Assembly (NCBI GenBank): GCA_030673525.1
Contig: DAOVIY010000001.1
Coordinates: forward strand, 1-29,280
Direction of reading: 5' to 3'
DNA length: 29,280 nucleotides
Origin: a bacterium
GTDB taxonomy: Bacteria; Patescibacteriota; Minisyncoccia; UBA6257
Made by a program: the position numbers and the translations under genes. Below are positions 24,035 to 29,280 of the stretch, in pieces; the stretch's first letter is position 1; the number at the start of each line of letters is the position of its first letter. The notes under the pieces were generated by a model, which saw only the letters and a program-made list of their open reading frames with translations, was not told the DNA's origin and did no database searches.

Positions 24035-24370
24035 TTATTCAAATAGTTTTAATAATAATTCATCAAGAGATTCTTTCAACTTTGAAAAATTTATATTCAA
24101 ACAACCTTTCTTTGTAATAATCACAACATCAAATCCTCTTGAAAAAACTAGCAAAGAACTTCTGAGTATATTTCTAATTCTTCTTTTTAAAGCATTCCTT
24201 TGTACAGCTGACTTACTATTTTTCGCGCTTACAATAATTCCATACCTCGGATAATCTAAATCATTTTTTTTGAAAATAATTTTAAAACACTCGTTTTCTT
24301 TAACATTACCTTTAGTAAAAATTTCTTTAAAAGTAACAGAAGATGTAATTCTGTTTTTCTTTTTAAGCAT
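24035..24370 (-). CDS. rnpA: Ribonuclease P protein component
   Basis: RYGIIVSAK..KSAVQRNALKRRIR (RNR-motif variant); synteny. Confidence 0.93.
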   Translation of the reverse strand: MLKKKNRITSSVTFKEIFTKGNVKENECFKIIFKKNDLDYPRYGIIVSAKNSKSAVQRNALKRRIRNILRSSLLVFSRGFDVVIITKKGCLNINFSKLKESLDELLLKLFE

Positions 24371-24373
24371 TAC

Positions 24374-24508
24374 TTAAGGAATTAATTTTTTTCTTCCTTT
24401 TTGCCTTCGTCGACTAATAACTTTTTTTCCTGCTTTAGAAGACATTCTTTTTAAAAATCCATGCGTACGTGACCTTTTTTTCTTTTTTGGCTGATAAGTA
24501 ATCGACAT
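24374..24508 (-). CDS. rpmH: 50S ribosomal protein L34 (missing from ORF track)
   Basis: [44 protein letters not shown]. Confidence 0.97.
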   Translation of the reverse strand: MSITYQPKKKKRSRTHGFLKRMSSKAGKKVISRRRQKGRKKLIP

Positions 24509-24576
24509 AATAATGAATATGGGGTTTTAATCTAAAATAGCATACCAAAATATACGCTAAATATCAAACTCACTAA

Positions 24577-24641
24577 TTATCAACAGTTTATCCCCAAAAG
24601 AGAATAATTTTCTTGCGGAAACTAAATTTTATTTTTATACT
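24577..24641 (+). promoter_or_regulatory. dnaA promoter with two DnaA-box-like sites
   Basis: TTATCAACA (24577-24585), TTATCCCCA (24588-24596); TTGCGG-17 nt-TATACT (24613-24641). Confidence 0.65.
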
Positions 24642-24657
24642 ATAGAATATAAATATT

Positions 24658-26040
24658 GTGATTTCAATTATGAATATTAAAGAACTTTGGGAAGCAGCTT
24701 TGGGGGAAATTAAATTGAATATTTCTAAAGCCAATTATCTAACATGGTTAAAAGATACTTTTATTTTAGATATTAAAGAAGGGACAGTTTTTATAGGAGT
24801 CCCATCTAGTTTTACAAAGGAATGGCTGGAAAATAAATACCATAAACAAATTCTGCACGCTCTTTATAGCTTAAATCCTAAAATAAAAAAGATTGAATAT
24901 CTTGTCACTACTAATAAAGATTCTTTGAAAAAAATAAATACTAAAAAAACAAAACGTTCTTCAGTTATTTCAAAATCGTCAGTTTTAGATGAACAATTAG
25001 AATTTAATATTGACCCTGAGACTAATCTTAATCCAAAATATCTTTTTGAAAACTTTGTTGTCGGAACGAATAATGAATTAGCTAATGCAGCATCTTTAGC
25101 AGTGGTAGAAAATTTAGGAAAAAAATATAATCCTCTTTTTATTTATGGCGGCGTTGGATTAGGAAAAACACATCTTCTGCAAGCTATTGGTAATGAACTG
25201 AGTAGGAAAAAAAAGAAATTAAAAATTTTATATGCTACATCGGAAAAATTTACAGATGACTTAGTTAATGCTATCCGTAATCAAAAGATGACAGAGTTTA
25301 AAAAAAGTTTCCGAAATCTTGACCTGCTCTTAATTGACGATGTCCAGTTTATCGCCGGAAAAGATAAAACCCAGGAAGAGCTTTTTCATACATTTAATAC
25401 ACTTTATGAAAAAAATAAACAAATTGTTTTTACTTCTGATCGCCCGCCCAAATCTATTCCATCGATTGAAGAACGATTAAGGTCTAGATTTGAAGGAGGT
25501 ATGATAGCTGATATTGGTTACCCTGATTTTGAAACAAGATTGGCTATCTTAGAAAACAAAAGTCAGGATGTATCCTATCTTATAAATGATGATGTTCTTA
25601 AATATATAGCTGAGGCAATCCCAAAGAATGTCAGAGAATTAGAGGGAGCATTAAACAGAGTCATTGCGCATGCGCGCCTTAAAAATAGTCCAATCTCTTT
25701 AGAAGAAACCAAAAAAATATTGTCACTTATTTTAAATAAATCAAACAAATATATTTCACCAAAAGAAGTAATTAAAAAAATAGTTTCTTTTTATGACCTT
25801 AAAGAAAGTGATATTTTGGGCCATTCTAGAAAGAAAGAATTAGTAAAACCAAGGCAAATAGTAATGTATTTTTTAAGAGAAGAATTGCGTTATTCTTATA
25901 CCAGCATTGCTGAGAAATTAGGCAATCGTGACCATACCACTATTATTTATGCATATAAAAAAATATCTTCTGAAATTGAAAAAAATCCTGTTTTTTGTCA
26001 AGAAATAACAATTTTAAAAGAAATGCTGTATAATAAATAA
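24658..26040 (+). CDS. dnaA: Chromosomal replication initiator DnaA
   Basis: YLFENFVVG, GGVGLGKTHL, LLIDDVQF, RLRSRFEGG, NVRELEGAL, RDHTTII; start may be ATG 24670. Confidence 0.99.
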   Translation: MISIMNIKELWEAALGEIKLNISKANYLTWLKDTFILDIKEGTVFIGVPSSFTKEWLENKYHKQILHALYSLNPKIKKIEYLVTTNKDSLKKINTKKTKRSSVISKSSVLDEQLEFNIDPETNLNPKYLFENFVVGTNNELANAASLAVVENLGKKYNPLFIYGGVGLGKTHLLQAIGNELSRKKKKLKILYATSEKFTDDLVNAIRNQKMTEFKKSFRNLDLLLIDDVQFIAGKDKTQEELFHTFNTLYEKNKQIVFTSDRPPKSIPSIEERLRSRFEGGMIADIGYPDFETRLAILENKSQDVSYLINDDVLKYIAEAIPKNVRELEGALNRVIAHARLKNSPISLEETKKILSLILNKSNKYISPKEVIKKIVSFYDLKESDILGHSRKKELVKPRQIVMYFLREELRYSYTSIAEKLGNRDHTTIIYAYKKISSEIEKNPVFCQEITILKEMLYNK

Positions 26041-26414
26041 AAACCTATCCGCTTTGCTCGTAGAACTTTGTTTGCTTATTACATTCGAAAATGATAGTGG
26101 ATATATTGTTGATAAAATAATGTATAAACGCTTGATAAAATCGAGGATTAAAAATTAAAAATTAAAAATTAAATTACTATCCCCATATTTTCTCCAGATT
26201 ATTCATTGGTTATTCACTATTTATCCATCAAAAAAATCATTAATAATGAATACAGTCTTTTGAAAAAAGCATTTATACACAAAATATTGGGCCTTAATTA
26301 TAATAATATATTTATATATTAATAATAATTAATAATAATATATTTATATATTAATAATAATTAATAATAATTAATAATCAGAATAAACAGAATAAAAATT
26401 AGAATAAAAAAAAT
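26041..26414. other. Putative oriC
   Basis: dnaA-dnaN intergenic region; TTATACACA (26273-26281) plus degenerate boxes (26107-26115, 26210-26218, 26221-26229); GGGCC; AT-only tract with a 32-bp tandem repeat. Confidence 0.85.
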
Positions 26415-27551
26415 ATGAAATTTACCACTTTAGTCGATAATTTTAAAAAATCTATCAATTTAGCAGAAAAAATTACAGGAAAAAATCTAACGCTTCCTAT
26501 TTTAAGTAATATTCTTTTGAAAACAAATAAAAATAAGCTCTATCTTTTGGCCACTGATTTAGAAATTGGAATAGAATTAATCATTACAGGAAAAGTAGAA
26601 AAAGAGGGAAAATTCGTCATTCCAGCAAAAACTTTTTCTATGTTTTTAAATAATCTATCTGAAGAAAAAATTACAATCGAAGAAAGCAAAAATGTTTTAT
26701 CGGTAAAAAGTGGAAATTATAATACAACATTCCAAGGAATAAATCCCGATGAATTTCCAATCATTCCAGAAACCAAAACAGAAAAATATATAGAAATAGA
26801 AAAAAAAGATTTCGAAGAAGCATTAGAACAAGTGATTCCGAGTGTTGGTTATACTTCCCCAAAGCCAGAATTGAACGGTATTTTATTTAAATTAGAGAAC
26901 ACCACTGCAAAAAGCGTCCTGAAATTAGTTGGCACTGATAGTTTTCGTTTAGCAGAAAAAAATATTTTATCTCAAAAAATTAAGACTAATATAAAAGAGA
27001 ATTTAGAAATAATAATTCCATTAAGAACCGCGCAAGAAGTTTTGAGAATTATTCAAGAAGAAATAGAAGAAGTTAGTAGTGTAGTAAGGATTTTTCCAGA
27101 GTCTAATCAGATTCAGTTTTCATTCAATGATGTTCGTTTAATATCTAGACTTATTAATGCTGAATACCCAAAATATTCTTCAATTATCCCGTCTAGTTTT
27201 GAGAATCAAACAATTTTAAATAAAAAGAAATTAATTGAGGCCGTTAAAATAGTTGGTTTATTTAGCGGGAGGGTCAATGATGTTATGTTTGATTTTAATG
27301 CATCAAAAAAGGAGATTGTTATTGAGGCTCAAGACCCTTCTTTAGGGGCAAGTCATACAGTTCTCATTCCAGAAGAGATAAATGGCAGTTCATTAAAAAT
27401 GAGTTTTAATTATCATTTTTTATTAGATGGATTATATTCGATTAAGGAAGATGAGATTATTATTAAATTAAATAAAGAAATTAATCCTGGCTTGATTCAT
27501 GGAAAATCTAATGATAATTTTTCTTATATTTTAATGCCAATTAAAATTTGA
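26415..27551 (+). CDS. dnaN: DNA polymerase III beta sliding clamp
   Basis: LPILSNILL, ATDLEIGI, GTDSFRLA, SRLINAEYPKY, YILMPI. Confidence 0.98.
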   Translation: MKFTTLVDNFKKSINLAEKITGKNLTLPILSNILLKTNKNKLYLLATDLEIGIELIITGKVEKEGKFVIPAKTFSMFLNNLSEEKITIEESKNVLSVKSGNYNTTFQGINPDEFPIIPETKTEKYIEIEKKDFEEALEQVIPSVGYTSPKPELNGILFKLENTTAKSVLKLVGTDSFRLAEKNILSQKIKTNIKENLEIIIPLRTAQEVLRIIQEEIEEVSSVVRIFPESNQIQFSFNDVRLISRLINAEYPKYSSIIPSSFENQTILNKKKLIEAVKIVGLFSGRVNDVMFDFNASKKEIVIEAQDPSLGASHTVLIPEEINGSSLKMSFNYHFLLDGLYSIKEDEIIIKLNKEINPGLIHGKSNDNFSYILMPIKI

Positions 27552-27567
27552 TTTAGTATTTTGTTTT

Positions 27568-27864
27568 ATGGCTTTTATATCAATTAGGCAAGCATTAAAG
27601 GGTTGGTCAAACACCAAAAGATTTAAAAGTTTTTTTCAGGGTCAGGACGCGATTAATGTGATAAACCAATATTTTAAAGAGAGAAAAAACTGGCCCTTGA
27701 ATATAGCTAGGGCTAGTTCTTTAAAACAAGGGATATTAACAATTAAGTGTTGTAGAGCTATTATTTCGTCAGAATTACGATTAGAGGAATCGCAATTAAG
27801 GGCTTATCTTAAAAAGAGAATTCCTAAGATAAAAATTAATAAGATTTTTTATAAAATTGGATAA
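27568..27864 (+). CDS. dciA: DciA/DUF721 family protein
   Basis: GILTIKC....SSELRLEESQL pattern; directly after dnaN. Confidence 0.75.
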   Translation: MAFISIRQALKGWSNTKRFKSFFQGQDAINVINQYFKERKNWPLNIARASSLKQGILTIKCCRAIISSELRLEESQLRAYLKKRIPKIKINKIFYKIG

Positions 27865-27889
27865 AATTAGATGAATAATTATGAGTGCG

Positions 27890-29280
27890 TCATAATTTGA
27901 AAATGATTATTGACGCCGCACTTTTTTGATTGAAGCCATCAATGGCTTCAATTTTTATTTCATTTTGATCAATTAAATCATTTACATTTATTTTATAAGA
28001 ATAAACATCATTATCTATTTTATTTAATTCCCCAAGCAATATCTTATTAAGATAAATTTGGGTATTTATTATTTCAATAGGGCTATTAATTTTAATAGTG
28101 AAGTCTATATCAGCATTAACAAAATTGCCATTTTGAGGTGAAATAAATTCAATTTTAGGGATATCAGGAAAATTTATTGTTGTCTGCGGAGTATTGGTAT
28201 TAATAGATATATAATCAACGCCTAAATATTTATTATACTCTTCACTGAAATTAATAATGTTTTTGTGTGCCCATAAAAGCACGGGAATTTCCCAATTCCA
28301 AAACTGTGGATCGTCTAATGGGTTTATAGGTGGAGATTCGAGAATATTATTTTTCTTAACATAATAAAGAATATTATGGATTTCATTGATACTCATAATT
28401 TCTTCGGTCTGAATATTTTTATATTCTTTTGTATTTACATAACTTCCATTAAGCATTGGGATAGAATTTTTAATTGTTTGATCATTAGTATATGGGAGTG
28501 GTTCAATAAAATTTGTTGGAGGATAAAATTCTATTGATTTTTCCATAAATTCATGCCAGCAAGGAGCTGCTAACATAGATCCTGGTGCTCCTGTTTCACT
28601 AACTACAGATCTGTCGTTATTTCCAGCCCAGACTCCGCTAACCAAGGATGTAGTATAGCCGATTGTCCACGCATCGCGATATTCAGAATCTGTTCCAGTT
28701 TTTGCTACAGCTTGAAAATCAGGAAAATATAATTGATTATTCCATCCAAATGTAGGGGCCCTTGCACTATTATCTGATAGGATACTATTAATAAGACGAG
28801 CTATTTGTGAATCTAAAACCACTTTATTTTTTAAAGAGAATTCTTCAATTGTTTGGTTATTTTTGTTTTTTATTTTCAAAATACTTATTTGTGGGTGATA
28901 GATTCCCTCTTGATTAAAAACTGCGTATGCATGAACCATTTCAATTAGTCTTACACCCCCCCCACCGAGAACTAAACTTAATCCATAATGTTCTGGCGGA
29001 TCATTAAGTGTTGTAATACCAAAATCCTGCGCTGTTTTAATAGAATCTTTTATACCAGCTAGATATAAGATTTTAACTGATGGAATATTTAGAGATTGAG
29101 CAAGGGCTTGTCTAAAAGTAACTGGTCCTCTGGTTTTTTCATCATAGTTTCGGACTAAATAAGGATTTTGTGGATCAGTAGAAAAATTGGCTATTTTGTC
29201 ATCTATTGCAGCATCAAAAATAATACTTTCAGGAAGAAATCCTTTTTTAAAAACTGTAGCATAAACCATTGGTTTAAAAG
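27890..29280 (-). CDS. Penicillin-binding protein (transpeptidase domain + C-terminal Ig-like domain), partial
   Basis: FKP (end of SxxK) at the window edge, SLN (SxN), KTGT; frame is open beyond ATG 29269 to the window end. Confidence 0.92.
   Translation of the reverse strand, partial: FKPMVYATVFKKGFLPESIIFDAAIDDKIANFSTDPQNPYLVRNYDEKTRGPVTFRQALAQSLNIPSVKILYLAGIKDSIKTAQDFGITTLNDPPEHYGLSLVLGGGGVRLIEMVHAYAVFNQEGIYHPQISILKIKNKNNQTIEEFSLKNKVVLDSQIARLINSILSDNSARAPTFGWNNQLYFPDFQAVAKTGTDSEYRDAWTIGYTTSLVSGVWAGNNDRSVVSETGAPGSMLAAPCWHEFMEKSIEFYPPTNFIEPLPYTNDQTIKNSIPMLNGSYVNTKEYKNIQTEEIMSINEIHNILYYVKKNNILESPPINPLDDPQFWNWEIPVLLWAHKNIINFSEEYNKYLGVDYISINTNTPQTTINFPDIPKIEFISPQNGNFVNADIDFTIKINSPIEIINTQIYLNKILLGELNKIDNDVYSYKINVNDLIDQNEIKIEAIDGFNQKSAASIIIFKL

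Noticed and set aside
27549-27551. Alternative genetic code (UGA=Gly, as in Gracilibacteria)
   Set aside because: TGA ends dnaN at its expected C-terminus (ILMPIKI) and conserved genes are full length in code 11

Overview
This is an AT-rich chromosomal window using the standard genetic code (dnaN ends in TGA). It is most consistent with a Patescibacteria/CPR (Parcubacteria-like) genome; this is an inference from gene content, the short YidC/Jag forms and the near-absence of Shine-Dalgarno motifs. It contains the replication-origin region (jag-yidC-rnpA-rpmH / dnaA-oriC-dnaN-dciA) and housekeeping genes (partial tsaD, alr, nusA, tig, clpP, rsmA, dksA-like, partial class A PBP). There are six complete tRNAs plus an orphan tRNA 3' half. 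A GT2 + GT-C glycosyltransferase pair lies between tig and clpP, and a LysM-M23 peptidase is present. An 8-gene T4SS-like cluster (VirB6-like, PrgI, TraC/VirB4-associated, VirB4, pilin) sits directly beside the origin operon with no relaxase, coupling protein or integrase in the window. The most unusual items are: (1) a pilin fused to an M15-like metallopeptidase motif; (2) an orphan tRNA-Gly 3' half that starts at the anticodon loop; (3) a small foreign-looking islet after tRNA-Ala(CGC) with integrase-arm-like repeats, SD-led genes and a secreted transglutaminase-like protein with a duplicated C-terminus; (4) an ORF-less promoter-hairpin-U-tract unit upstream of tRNA-Glu; (5) tRNA-Ala and tRNA-Gly genes with identical D- and T-arms. 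All calls come from reading the sequence; no database searches were run.
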